Shown piece after piece: positions 18,478 through 35,432 of a stretch of DNA of 64,000 nucleotides; positions within the stretch are counted from its first letter, which is position 1, and the number at the start of each line of letters is the position of its first letter. A program made the position numbers and the translations under genes. This DNA comes from the human T2T-CHM13v2.0 reference genome, Homo sapiens. The notes under the pieces are model-generated. The model did not search any database and had not been told where the DNA came from. It saw only the letters and a program-made list of their open reading frames with translations. The DNA is taken from the NCBI RefSeq assembly GCF_009914755.1, contig NC_060940.1. The stretch is one strand, 5' to 3'.

Positions 18478-18780
18478 AAAGACTCAAATACATGTTTGGG
18501 TCTATTTTATAAAGTGATGACAGGGTCATTCCACTGGGAAAGGATAGTCTTTCAACAAATGGAGCTGAAACAGGTAGATATTCATTGGGAAAAACAGCAA
18601 TCTTCCCCTGACACCATCCAAAAAATAATTAAATATAAATCATAGACCTAACTATAAACTGTAAAATTTCTATAATAAAAACTTTACCATCTTGGGGTAA
18701 GTAAAAATTTTACAAACAAGACAAATTGCACTAGCCCAGTGATAAAAAAAACGATAAAGTAGACTTCATCAAAATTTACA

Positions 18781-19008
18781 AGAAATGTCCAGAATAGGCA
18801 AATCCACAGAGACAGGCAGCAAATTAGTGGTTGCGCACGGCTGGGGCAAGGGAGAAACGCTTAATAGGTATAAACTTTTTTTGGGAGGGTGATTAAAATG
18901 TTCTGGAACTAGACAGTAGTGATCGGTGAACACCGCTCTGAATGTACTAAAAGCCACTGAACTGTATGTTTTAAAATGGTGAATTTTATATTGTGTGAAT
19001 TTTAATCA
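18781..19008 (+). mobile_element. L1MB7/8-like 3' end fragment
   Basis: aaatgtccagaataggcaaatcc...aatgttctggaactaga...gccactgaactgta. Confidence 0.75.
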
Positions 19009-20159
19009 AAGATCTGCTCTTCAAAAGGCACCACTAAGAAAATGAAAAGTTAAGCATGGAGTAGGAGAAAAGATTTGCAATACATAAAACCAAAGGGGTT
19101 TATATGCAGGATAAGACACCATATGGAGAACTAAATGAAAAAACAAACAATGTCAGATTAAAAAATGTTTAAATAGACTTGAATTGATACTTCATAAAGA
19201 AAAAACATGGCCAGTGAGCTTATGAAAAGTCGCTTAGCGTTATTAGTCATCTCACCACCTGGTATAACACTTTATGACTTACAACAAATAATATTGATCA
19301 CAATAATAACAATGAACACTCCAGAAATACTAATTGTTGTGATGATGCTGGTGGGAGTGTAAAATGGCAAACCCACAAAGTAAAAATATTTGGAAGTTTC
19401 TCACATATTTAAACAGACACTTCACCCACGATCTAGGAGTTTCATTTCTAGATATTTACTTTAGTAAATGAAAACGTGTCTATAAAATACTGTGCAAGAA
19501 TGTTCATAGCAGTTTTATTTATAATAATTGAAAACCAAGGCAACCCAAATATTTGTCAACAGATGAAGGCATAAGCACATTGTGGTATTCACACAATGGA
19601 ATCCTGCTCAGCAATTAGATGGAGTCACTATTGATACACATAACTGCATAAATCAATCTGAAAATATTTTTAAAAGAAACCGGAAAAACACAGAATACAC
19701 ATGGTATGATTTCATTCATATGAGGTTTAAAAATATGCAAACTAAACTATGGTAGTGAAATGGTGGTTGCTTCTAAAGGAAAGGATTGACTTAAAAATGG
19801 TCCTGAAACAACTGACTAGTATGATGAAAATGTTATATATTTTAATTACGATGATGGATAAAAAACTCATTTAACTGCATACCTAAAATCTGTAATTTTT
19901 TAAATAAGGGCTATATAATTCAATTAGGAAAGAATAAGTAATTTTTTAAAAGTCTCTGTACAATCTTATAGAAATCCTTCCTCTCTCCCTCTCTATTTTG
20001 TCTTCCTTATGGAGCACAGTTAAATATCCCTATCTATGGTACAATTTAGGTATAAACTATTTATTTAATAATTTGTTGATCTTAGGAAAAAATAGGCTTG
20101 ATCTTTTAGGCTAGAGTTAAGTTCCAGCATCCCATACTCTAGAGAATTCAGGAAGTACC

Positions 20160-20390
20160 ATGATACAGAAAGAACATGGCATTTGGAATCAAAATGACAA
20201 GGGTATTAGAACCAGCTCTGTCACTGATGAGCTGGATTTTGAAAAGATTAAATTGTCTAAGTCTCAGTTGCTTTATCTGTTCAGTAAAAGAGGACCCTAT
20301 GTAATTTTCCCACAGAGTGGGAAAAGATCAAGATGATATTCATAGAATATTAGCACACATTAGTTAGAGCTCCCTAAGTGATAGTTTTTT
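20160..20390 (+). mobile_element. MIR
   Basis: aaagaacatggcatttggaatca...ctaagtctcagttgctttatctgt core. Confidence 0.65.
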
Positions 20391-20769
20391 TCTTACCCAA
20401 TTCAAAAATTAATTGAATATTTTTAATTAAATAATTTATAAACCTTGAATTGAACATGATTTCTGATATTCTTAGGTTGCTTAATTTTTCCTGTATCTGA
20501 CATATCTAAGGTGTTACTGGTCAACACTTCAAAGAGTACTCAAAAAACGTTTAAGAGTTTAACCAATTGCTGACACTGGATTTCATAATCTGGGGCATGT
20601 GTGATTTTCTCTGTGTACTCCAGTGAAAGGGAGCTTATTGGATATAAACAAGTTAACCTGTAAGGGGAAAACAGTTGCAGAGTTGTTACGAATGGGTAAA
20701 GAGTTAGGTAGTCATTACTCTTGCTGTTACTACTATCGAGAAGTCAGGAAATTACCCCATTTACTAATT

Positions 20770-20878
20770 TATCAATTCACTCATTCAGTCAGTTATTCCT
20801 TTGGTCATTTATTTGTTCATCTGCATAATTTTTCAACAAATATTTTGTGAATGCCTAATGTACTATGTGCTAGGTGTA
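20770..20878 (-). mobile_element. L2 3' end
   Basis: (CATT)-like tail plus ttcaacaaatattttgtgaatgcc...tatgtgctagg. Confidence 0.65.
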
Positions 20879-23800
20879 TGTAAAACAGAAACATTAAACG
20901 TTTCTTTTATATTTTTAATAATTTTACACAAGGGAAATTGTACATAGATTCTTTGAGACAGCTTTAGCTGCAAAGGAGTCTACTGAAATTCCTCATGCTA
21001 ACATGCTGTTTTCAGAATGTCAATGCCTAAGGTAGAAATTAAAGACCTCTGGGAGTTCTGGAGAGTACAGCCATTGGACAGACCTTAAAACAAGGAGACA
21101 GTATTGTCCCAAAGGTGAGAATATGACAATTGCTATGTCATGCCCATGAGTAATCACTGAGTTAATGCCTCCTTCAAAAATTCTGCCAGGGAACTTAGCT
21201 GTGTGCAGCACGTCTTGTTTGTTCTCAGGTTTGTAGTACTAACAAGGCTTCTTAACAATTAATTACACCCCTGTTTTACAAGTGTGAATGTTTTGATTTG
21301 TGAACTTTCTGGAGAACTTCAGGGAAATTTAAATTGCCCTCCAACAACTACCCAGTTCACTGCCCTGCACTATGCAAATTTGATATTAAATGATCAAGTA
21401 TGAACCCGAAGCCTCATGAGGTCATGGAATCCCTTGATTTGGGACCAGGTGTATAGAGATGTTCAATTATTAAATAATTAGTTTGGAAACAATAACTAAT
21501 GTAGTTTAGGTCTCTTGCTGATTTCCTAATGTTTGTTAATTTAAGCACCTGTGTCTTCCTGTAACACTTTCCTACAGAATGCTTACCAGGATATGTCTAG
21601 CATGTAAATTAACAATGAATATAATTACCTTTTTGCAACTCACTCCAGGTGCCTAAATGAGTAGAAATGAATTATGACTTTAATTGTCAGAAAGAGTTCA
21701 ATATTCTGAATCTAATGATTTACAAAATCATTTAAATGTTTGGCTAAGTAATAATGTTAGTGTTAATTAAAACACCAAAATATTATATTTTTAGGTTAAC
21801 CAAAGGTTCCATTAAAGATTCAGATAAATAATTATATAGTAAAGAGAAGCAGTTTGTTTTAGCATACCTAATCTGTTCTCTGACTATTTCAAGGATGACT
21901 GAAGTTGTAGATGTATTTTCCAGCCTTCAGCAAGGTCCCTAATTCTTTCCTTTGACCTTCCCCATTTTTCTTGGAAGTAAAACAAAATTCATCTTTGCAG
22001 AGAAATCATCCCATTGGCACTTAAAATTCATGTTCAAAATTGCACTCATTATCTTCTTATAAAGTCATCTCAATAATATCATCACCATTCCCTCATGTGA
22101 CTAAAAAAGAATGTGAAAATCATTTTAGATTTATCTGTCTCCCTTCAGCCCTACATCCATTAGTTAACAAGTTCTGGTCATTTTTCTTCAGACTCATCAC
22201 CAAATTCCCAACCAAACTCTCATCTTATCTTGCTTACTCTATCCCAGTAGTGTCTTCCTATTGAGTCATATTGTCCCGTCTTTAGGACCCTTGTCTCTAG
22301 CCTTAGCTGTAACCTTCAGGCCATCTTCTGAATATAAGAGTTATTTTTCCAAAGTGCAATTAAAAATAAGAGAAGGAAGAAAGTTCATGTCCCAAAGGTG
22401 CGGTTGCTAATGAGTTGGAAATGGGAGGAGTTTGTTTTGAGAGATAAGAGGAACACATATTGTCATTTTGAAACTATTCTGGATGTCATCTCTTTATGGA
22501 ATCTTATTCATCAAAAATTATTCAACTAGTCATTTCACATTTACACATATTCCACATGTGTAAAATGGATATCTTTAATGGATATAAACACTAAAAATAA
22601 GATAAAAAGTTTAAAAGTATAACATCTTCCTAGTATTGAAATATGCAGATAATGCCTTTAATTCTCAAATGAAATGCTCATACAGAGATAGTAAAAGACA
22701 TATAATCTTATGGCATAATTATAGGCAAATCATCCCTAATCATTATTTCACAATTTCACCCTAAGTCTTAAGGTCAGGCAGTGGATTTATACGTAAGATG
22801 TTAAATTTGTTAAAGTGCCATGTTAGCACAAATTGATTTGATAAAGACTGGTAGAACTTTTCCTAAAATAGAAAGAAAATGGGTAAAATAATCTTTTAAA
22901 AAGTCTGTGACTTTCATGGCAGATTGGCAGGGGTACCCCATTATGTAGTGTAACATGTATTACTACACTCATAACAGTGCATGTTAAAATGCCAGGAAAT
23001 AAACAGCAGGACTGAGGTAGGAATGAGGTTGCCTGCATAGAGCATTTCTTAGAAACATAATTACAGCATCATTGAAGCATGAAGGTAGCCACACATATTT
23101 GCAGCTGCTATAATCAGTGTAATTGGCCTGCCATTTCCTCTGCACACCCTTCTTTGGTTAAGACTTTAGGAGTGTTTCTGCTGGAATGATATAGTTAATG
23201 CCCATTTGTTCTCTTCATGCATTAAATCATGCTGTTCCTCTCTTCTACTCATATTGCTACTGTATCATATGATATTGTTTGTGGAGTAGATTCAACTGTC
23301 AAATGGACTTTCAGATTTTCTATCAGAATGGAGTTTATAAAACAATTAAACATAAGACTTGTTTTCATTGTTGTTATTATTCTTTGCATCATTTCTGGGT
23401 CCAGTTATGAATATCCACCTCATTAGCCCCTCTCTGCGTGGATACCTTGATTGTCACTGGCAGAGAAAGAAAGAGGAAAATTATTCACGAATTGCTAGAG
23501 TCAACCAGGGCAAATTCTAAGGCAGGGTATCTCAAACTTACCTCCTAATGGTTATTCTACCAACAAGACAAATGTACTCATAATGGAATAAAATAATTTG
23601 TTTTTGTTGAAAAGATCATATGTAGTAGATTTACAAAGATTATGTGTAAATAGTTACCTTTAGCCTTGACAATAATCATATATTTATAGTCCAAGTAATT
23701 TTAGAACATCACCAATCTTTTCCCTAAATATTGAGAAGCAATGCTAATAGATATGGAAAGTCATTTAAAGTTTAAGTAAGGAAAAAACATAGTAGTTAGA

Positions 23801-23914
23801 GAATACAGTATTATTTTATATTAATTATGGTTGCAATGGTAATTAATGGGCTCAGAACTGGGAGAAATAAGACAAATTATAAATGATTACTGATTCCTTC
23901 TGCATCTGGTCATG

Positions 23915-24165
23915 GTGAATTAACAGGGATTGGACTTATCCTCCTACAGTAAACACTGAACAAATGATATAAAATGACTTATTTTAGACAGTGGGAAGAA
24001 GCACCGTAAGATCATGACCCCTGAGAAAAGCGAAATAAGCAGGGCGAGCCCCATGATCACATCGGTTTTCTTGCAGACACATTCCAATCCACAATGTTGG
24101 CAGAAAAATCCAGAGTGTAGCACAGTGGTTTGATGAAATGAGGAGGCAGATATCTCACTGCAGAA
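23915..24165 (+). mobile_element. Old L1M (L1M4/L1MC-type) 5' region fragment
   Basis: acagggattggacttatcctcc...gacccctgagaaaag...gcgagccccatgatc. Confidence 0.5.
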
Positions 24166-24282
24166 AAATTGAGGCAATTATTGAAGAATGATTGAAATAA
24201 TTTTACCTTAGTGTTCTAGTTCCTGTGGTATCTTTGAAGCAGTGAGGAAAGTACAATGAGAACTGATCATAATACCTAAGAA

Positions 24283-24580
24283 CTAAGAAATAAGAAAAGA
24301 AGGAAAGCAGGAAAGAAGAGAGAGAAAAGAGAGATGGAGACAGAGAAGGGAAGAGAAAGAGGGAGGAGAAGCTAAGGAACGAGAAGGGGAGGGAGAGGAA
24401 GAGGGGCATGGGAAGAGGGGAGAAAGAAAAGAAAGCAGGAAGAAAAGGTAGAGGGAGAAGGAGGGGAGAGGAGAAAAAAGGAAGAAAAGAAAAAAAGGAA
24501 AGGGGGAGGGAAGGACAGAGGATGAAAGGAAGGAAGGAAGGAAAGGGGGAAAGGAGAAAGGAAGAGAGAGAAAGAAAGAA
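24283..24580. repeat. GA-rich polypurine low-complexity tract (~300 bp)
   Basis: Direct reading; almost purely A/G on + strand. Confidence 0.95.
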
Positions 24581-24735
24581 ATTAGCATTTGTAATATGCA
24601 TGCTATTTAAGATTTCCATAGTGATCATGGATTTCCCAGCAATGAAAATATAAACATTTCATGTTTCATCTTTTCTCTTTGCTGTGTGCTTAGGATGATG
24701 AAGGTGAAGGCATAGTCAGAGGAGGGAAGCCGAAA

Positions 24736-25105
24736 ACCATGTAATACTATGCAGCCATAAAAAATGATGAATTCATGTCCTTTGTAAGGACATGGATGAA
24801 GCTGGAAACCATCATTCTCAGCAAACTATCACAAGGACAAAAAACCAAACACCGCATGTTCTCACTCATAGGTGGAAATTGAACAATGAGAACACTTGGA
24901 CACAGGAAGGGGAACGTCACACACAGGGGCCTGTTGTGGGGTGGGGGGAGGGGGGAGGGATAGCATTAGGAGATATACCTAATGTAAATGATGAGTTAAT
25001 GGGTGCAGCACACCAACATGGCACATGTATACATATGTAACAAACCTGCACATTGTGCACATGTACCCTAGAACTTAGAGTATAATAATAATAATAATAA
25101 AAAGA
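24736..25105 (+). mobile_element. 5'-truncated L1PA4/5 3' end with (TAA)n tail
   Basis: aatactatgcagccataaaaaatgatg...G-rich tract...tgtaccctagaactta. Confidence 0.93.
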
Positions 25106-26766
25106 AAGTTTATGTTCCCACTGTTTCGAAACCCTTTTTTAGTGTGGGTAATCTTAAACTACCAATATATGACAAGTACTAATGTTGCCAGATAATCGGA
25201 TATATCATTTTTTAAGAAATGCTGTTCAGATTTTATAAATCCATTTGCATATTTGCATAGCATTCAGTGGTATTTCAGGGGAGGAATGATACTTGGGGCA
25301 GGATCCGGTTTCTTTGGATGGGCTATTTGTTCTCCTTATAGCAAGTTCTGACCTGAATTCAGAGAGGCTATACAGACAAATGGACCTTCAGATGAAGAAT
25401 TTAAGTGTAAGAAGAAAAATAATCTTACTAAATAAAGTACCTTACTACATCTTGGCAAACATAACCATATGGCACTCTTATCTCCTAGAGGTACAGATGT
25501 TATCTTTCAGGATATAGAATAATCCACTCACATCTTCTTCATTATACTGGTCTATCTTGATAGATTAAGGCCAATCTTATAAGTTCATTGGGATAGAGGT
25601 GGCAAATAAAACTTAAATTTTCCTCAATTTTTGTCTCCTCACACCAGTATGGTCTTAGTTCTCTAAAGAATTATCACTCATAGTTTATAATAGAATCAAT
25701 TGATAAAATAATTATTAACCATTACGGGTCATTAATACTTTATAAAGCATGCTCGCATATATATTGTTCCAAAATAACTTTTTTTGTGAATTTATATTTC
25801 AGACTTGGTGCTCTGCAAGTGAAATATGATTATACTGAACTCCTTTAGTCTTTGAAATTAATTATAGGTGCTAATAACTATCCCTATTTTAGAGAGAAGA
25901 CATAAGCGCTTTAGGAAGGAACCTAGCCCATGTTACACAACCCGAACTTGAGGGGCAATGTAAAGACCCAGGTTTGCTCTGCTTCAAACCTCAAGCACCT
26001 AAATATCATGATGCCTCTTTAGTATCATGTTTTACATTTTATAAATGAAGAAATGAGGGGGTCAGAGAGGTGCTTCACCTAGGAACATGGAGTTACCTAA
26101 GGACATGCAGTTACCTAAAGAGGACAATTGAGATCTATATTCAGATTTTTCATAAAAAATCTTTGAGTATTTTTCCTACTCTGTAGCAGCTTCTCAAGTT
26201 ATTGGTCACATATAAGCATAAGAAATATTTCTCAGGTACCTTTCCTTTTTAAAATGTGTAAGTGTTCCTATGTCAGAAAGGTCTTCAGGTTGCACATTCT
26301 ATATAAATTGTAATGAGATACATGTAGGCATAAATGTATTTCTAACTGTAAAATATAATTACTTAAAAAAATAACTGTACTAATTTTTAGGGGGTCTAGC
26401 ATTGAAAAAAAATATGAGAGTAACAGATGTAGATGTAATTTTAATCTAAGGCCAGGTACTCCATATGAGATAATTTAAGTGACAAATCCCTGGACAATTC
26501 AGGGGGAAAAGAAGCAAAAATTAACATTTTCAGAGCTTTATTAAAGTAAGCCTATTTTTTTTTTATACTTTAAGTTTTAGGGTACATGTGCACAACATGC
26601 AGGTTAGTTATATATGTATACATGTGCCATGTTGGTGTGCTGCACCCATTAACTCATCACTTAATATTAGGTATATCTCCTAATGCTATCCCTGCCCCCT
26701 CCCCTCACCCCACAACAGGCCCCGGTGTGTGATGTTCCCCTTCCTGTGTCCATGTGTTCCCATTGT

Positions 26767-30659
<3,893 letters not shown>

Positions 30660-30675
30660 CTAGCCTCGATGGTCT

Positions 30676-31692
30676 TTACAATTTGGCATGTTTTTGCAGT
30701 GGCTGGTACTGGTTGTTCCTTTCCATGTTTAGTGCTTCCTTCAGGAGCTCTTTTAGGGAAGGCCTGGTGGTGACAAAGTCTCTCAGCATTTGCTTGTCTG
30801 TAAAGTATTTTATTTCTCCTTCATTTATGAAGCTTAGTTTGGCTGGATATGAAATTCTGGGTTGAAAATGCTTTTCTTTAAGAATGTTGAATATTGGCCC
30901 CCACTCTCCTCTGGCTTGTAGAGTTTCTGCCGAGAGATCCACTGTTAGTCTGATGGGCTTCCCTTTGTTGGTAACCCGACCTTTCTCTCTGAATGCCCTT
31001 AACATTTTTTCCTTCATTTCAACTTTGGTGAATCTGACAATTATGTGTCTTGGAGTTGCTCTTCTCGAGGAGTATCTTTGTGGCGTTCTCTGTATTTCCT
31101 GAATTTGAATGTTGGCCTTCCTTGCTAGATTGGGGAAGTTCTCCTGGATAATATCCTGCAGAGTGTTTTCCAACTTGGTTCCATTCTCCCCATCACTTTC
31201 AGGTACACCAATCAGATGTAGATTTGGTCTTTTCACATAGTCTCATATTTCTTGGAGGCTTTGTTCGTTTCCTTTTATTCTTTTTTCTCTAAACTTCTCT
31301 TCTCGCTTCATTTCATTCATTTGATCTTCCATCACTGATACCCTTTCTTCCAGTTGATTGAATCGGCTACTGAAGCTTGTGCATTTGTCACATAGTTCTT
31401 GTGCCTTTGTTTTCAGCTCCATCAGGTCCTTTAGGGACTTCTCTGCCTTGGTTATTCTAGTTAGCCATTCGTCTAATTTTTTTTCAAGGTTTTTAACTTC
31501 TTTGCCGTGGGTTCAAGCTTCCTCCTTTAGCTCGGAGTAGTTTGATCATCTGAAGCCTTCCTGTCTCTATTCATCAAAGTCATTCTCCTTCCAGCTTTGT
31601 TCCATTGCTGGTGAGGAGCTGCGCTCCTTTGGAGGAGGAGAGGCACTCTGATTTTTAGAGTTTCCGGTTTTTCTGCTCTGTTTTTTCCCCAT
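30676..31692 (-). pseudogene. L1 ORF1p with premature stops
   Basis: C-terminal 186 aa open (30676-31236, YPAKLS motif); nonsense codons upstream. Confidence 0.95.
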
Positions 31693-32245
31693 CTTTGTGG
31701 TTTTATATACCTTTGGTCTTTGATGATGGTGATGTACAGATGAGGTTTTCGTGTGGATGTCCTTTCTGTTTGTTAGTTTTCCTTCTAAGAGTCAGGACCC
31801 TCAGCTGCAGGTCTGTTGGAGTTTGCTGGAGGTCCACTTCAGACCCTGTTTGCCTTGGTATCAGCAGTGGAGGCTGCAGAACAGGAGATACTGGTGAACA
31901 GCAAATGTTGCTGCCTGATCGTTCCTCTGGAAGTTTTGTCTCAGAGGAGTACCCAGCCGTGTGAGGTGTCAGTCTGCCCCTACTGGGGGGTCAGGGACCC
32001 ACTTGAGGAGGCAGTCTGTCCGTTCTCAGATCTCTAGCTGCGTGCTGGGAGAACCACTACTCTCTTCAAAGCTGTCAGACAGGGACATTTAAGTCTGCAG
32101 AGGATTCTGCTCCCTTTTGTTTGGCTATGCCCTGCCCCCAGAGGTGGAGTCTACAGAGGCAGGCAGGCAGGCCTCCTCGAGCTGTGGTGGGCTTCACCCG
32201 ATTTGAACTTCCTGGCCGCTTTGTTTACCTACTCAAGCCTCAGTG

Positions 32246-32737
32246 ATGGCAGGCGCCCCTCCCCCAGCCTCACTGCCGCCTTGCAGTATGATCTCAGACT
32301 GCTGTGCTAGCAATGAGCGAGGCTCCACTGGCATAGGACCCTCAGAGCCAGGCGCAGGATATAATCTTTTGGTGTGCCGTTTGCTAAGACTTTTGGAAAA
32401 GTGCAGTATTATGGTGGGAGTGACCCGATTTTCCAGATGCTGTCTGTCACCCCTTTCTTTGACTAGGAAAGGGAATTCCCTGACCCCTTGTGCTTCCTGG
32501 GTGAGGCGATGCCTTGCCCTGCTTTGGCTCATGCTCGGTGTGCTGCACTCACTGTCCTGCACCCACTTTCCAACACTCCCCGGTGAGATGAACCCAGTAC
32601 CTCAGTTGGAAATGCAGAAATCACTCGTCTTCTGCATCGCTCATGTTGGGAGCTGTAGACTGAAGCTGTTTCTATTCGGCCATCTTGGCTCCACCCCCCA
32701 GCCTATTTCTTTTTTTGGGAGATTTCTTTGTTCTTAA
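32246..32737 (+). CDS. L1 antisense ORF0, open for 163 codons and running past the L1 5' end
   Basis: MAGAPPPASLPPCSMISDCCASN... closely matches the ORF0 N-terminus; gtgATGg Kozak context; expression unproven. Confidence 0.6.
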   Translation: MAGAPPPASLPPCSMISDCCASNERGSTGIGPSEPGAGYNLLVCRLLRLLEKCSIMVGVTRFSRCCLSPLSLTRKGNSLTPCASWVRRCLALLWLMLGVLHSLSCTHFPTLPGEMNPVPQLEMQKSLVFCIAHVGSCRLKLFLFGHLGSTPQPISFFGRFLCS

Positions 32738-32774
32738 AAGATGGGGTTGAGAGAGTGTGGATGAATCCACAAAG

Positions 32775-32955
32775 CACCATGAAAGAAAGCCTTGGACTTG
32801 AAATAAGGATGACTGGAGGTTGAGGTTTTAAATTTGTCACTGATGTCAGGTATGTTGCTTAATCTCTCCAATTTTCATTTTTCTCATCTGCAAATTTAAA
32901 TCCTAAAACCTGGTCTAATGGACTATTTTGAAAATGGAATGTCATAATGCACATT
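32775..32955 (+). mobile_element. MIR
   Basis: gaaagccttggacttg...ttgcttaatctctcc...tttctcatctgcaaa. Confidence 0.6.
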
Positions 32956-33394
32956 AGAATAGAATGACTCTCTTACTAGATGAAATTTCAATTATGTGAT
33001 GAATGGAAGAAAATGTGAACCAACATTTTCAGGAGCTTGGGAATGGGTGCACTGGCCCAAAAAAGCAAATGTGAGGAAAGAGGAAACAATAGCATTTACT
33101 GCATGACCCTGGGGTCTATAACATTATCATTTTCACTGAACTATAGATAACATATAAGTATTCTCTTGGGCCCTGATTCTTAACAGAACAATTTTACCAA
33201 TCAGATACCTAAAACATTAAATGAACTACATTAAACTATAATTCTGCTGATCATATATATCTTAACTCTTTCCAGCATTGTATATGTTATGTAAATCAGT
33301 ACAAAGGTATGCATAAAGGGAGAAAAATGAAGTAGTTAATAATCATTACTTCTTCTCCCCAACCTCCTCCTTCTGCTATCAAGCAGTGAAAGTA

Positions 33395-33845
33395 GCTAAC
33401 AGTAAGTGTTGACTATCATTCTTGTATATTAACTTAGTGAATACTCACACCAACCCTGTGGATTAGCTACTATTATTATCCCCATTTTTCAGGGGAGAAA
33501 AACAAGACTAGAAAGATTAAATAACTCATTTATTAATGTATCTGGATTTTAAAATCTAGCTTTAAATCTTCCAGCACTTGAGTCTTAGTATATTCTTTGT
33601 GTGTGTTTTCCAAAGTCACACAACTGGTGTCTGAAGTAGATGGAATTTAAAACCAGAAATTCTCACTCTGGAGTTAGTGTTGTTAACCAAAGTCCTTACT
33701 GTGAGAAAGACATCATGCTACATCTTTTCATATATGTTGTCTCATGAAATTCTTACAATAATCTTATGGGAGATGAATAGTAATACCTATATTTATAAAT
33801 AAGAAAACAGGCACAGAAAATTTGAATTCATTTTCTAAACTACAT
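33395..33845 (-). mobile_element. Cluster of MIR fragments
   Basis: aatactcacaccaaccctgtg...tattatccccattttt; second core at ~33740-33830. Confidence 0.6.
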
Positions 33846-33867
33846 TGACAAAGCCTGTATTTGCCTG

Positions 33868-34176
<309 letters not shown>

Positions 34177-35089
34177 ACCTGTATTTTTTCAATAATATTT
34201 TGCTATCTTTGAGTCACCTGATTATTTGATTTCTCTAGGGTGAATAGCCAAATAAGTGAAAAAAATGACAAAGGGAAATATGGGTGCTTATTGGATAATA
34301 TTAAAGGTGCATATTAACAGAATATTAATGGAAACTTTGGTATCTGGTCAGGAGAATAAGTGTGCCATTGTTAGGGGAAGAAACTGAAAAAGAGGCCAAT
34401 TTATAGATATTAGAGTTCATCATAGGAGGGAAGAGCTGCCAGTCCATGACACACAGATTGAAATCAAAGTTTCCTTCTACTGAATAGGTTGGTAGGGGAT
34501 GAGAAAAAAATTAGAAAACACTGTCAGAACCACTGGGATAGACACATAAAGGAGGAACTACAAGGCCAGGTAAAGCGAGGAGTGAAGATGGCTTAACCCT
34601 GAGACTATTGAAAGAGGCTTCACCTGATTCAAAATTTCTGATCAGCAGTCAGGATGTGGGCTCAGGGGTGGAGTCAGGTGGAATCTGAATTTAGAGACAT
34701 TAGTACTATCACCTATAAGAATATAAATATTAGCCCATTATTCTTGGCCCCCTGCTTTTGATTGTGTGTATATCCTTTGGCTGTGCATAAATGTGTGCTT
34801 TTGCTCATCTACAAATTCACGCTATGTCTACAGAAAATACCAGATCAACATTGAAAAGAATAGAGTCTAGAAGATAAAGTCTGCTCTGTTTGAGATGTCA
34901 GCAGTCTGGTTCAGGAATTTGACAGGCCATGGCCTCCAGATAGCATATCCCTAGTCATTTTTCACTCAATTCTATTTTGTACTCCACAAAAATTCTGTCC
35001 ATGTCTCTCACATGGATATACTTTTTTGTGTATATTAAACTCAGTAAATGACTGTAACGTTACTCTACATCATACTTTACTGAATGTTA

Positions 35090-35432
<343 letters not shown>

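Noticed and set aside
24203-24653. F/S/L/P-rich and K/E/G/R-rich ORFs
   Set aside because: Artefacts of the polypurine low-complexity tract.
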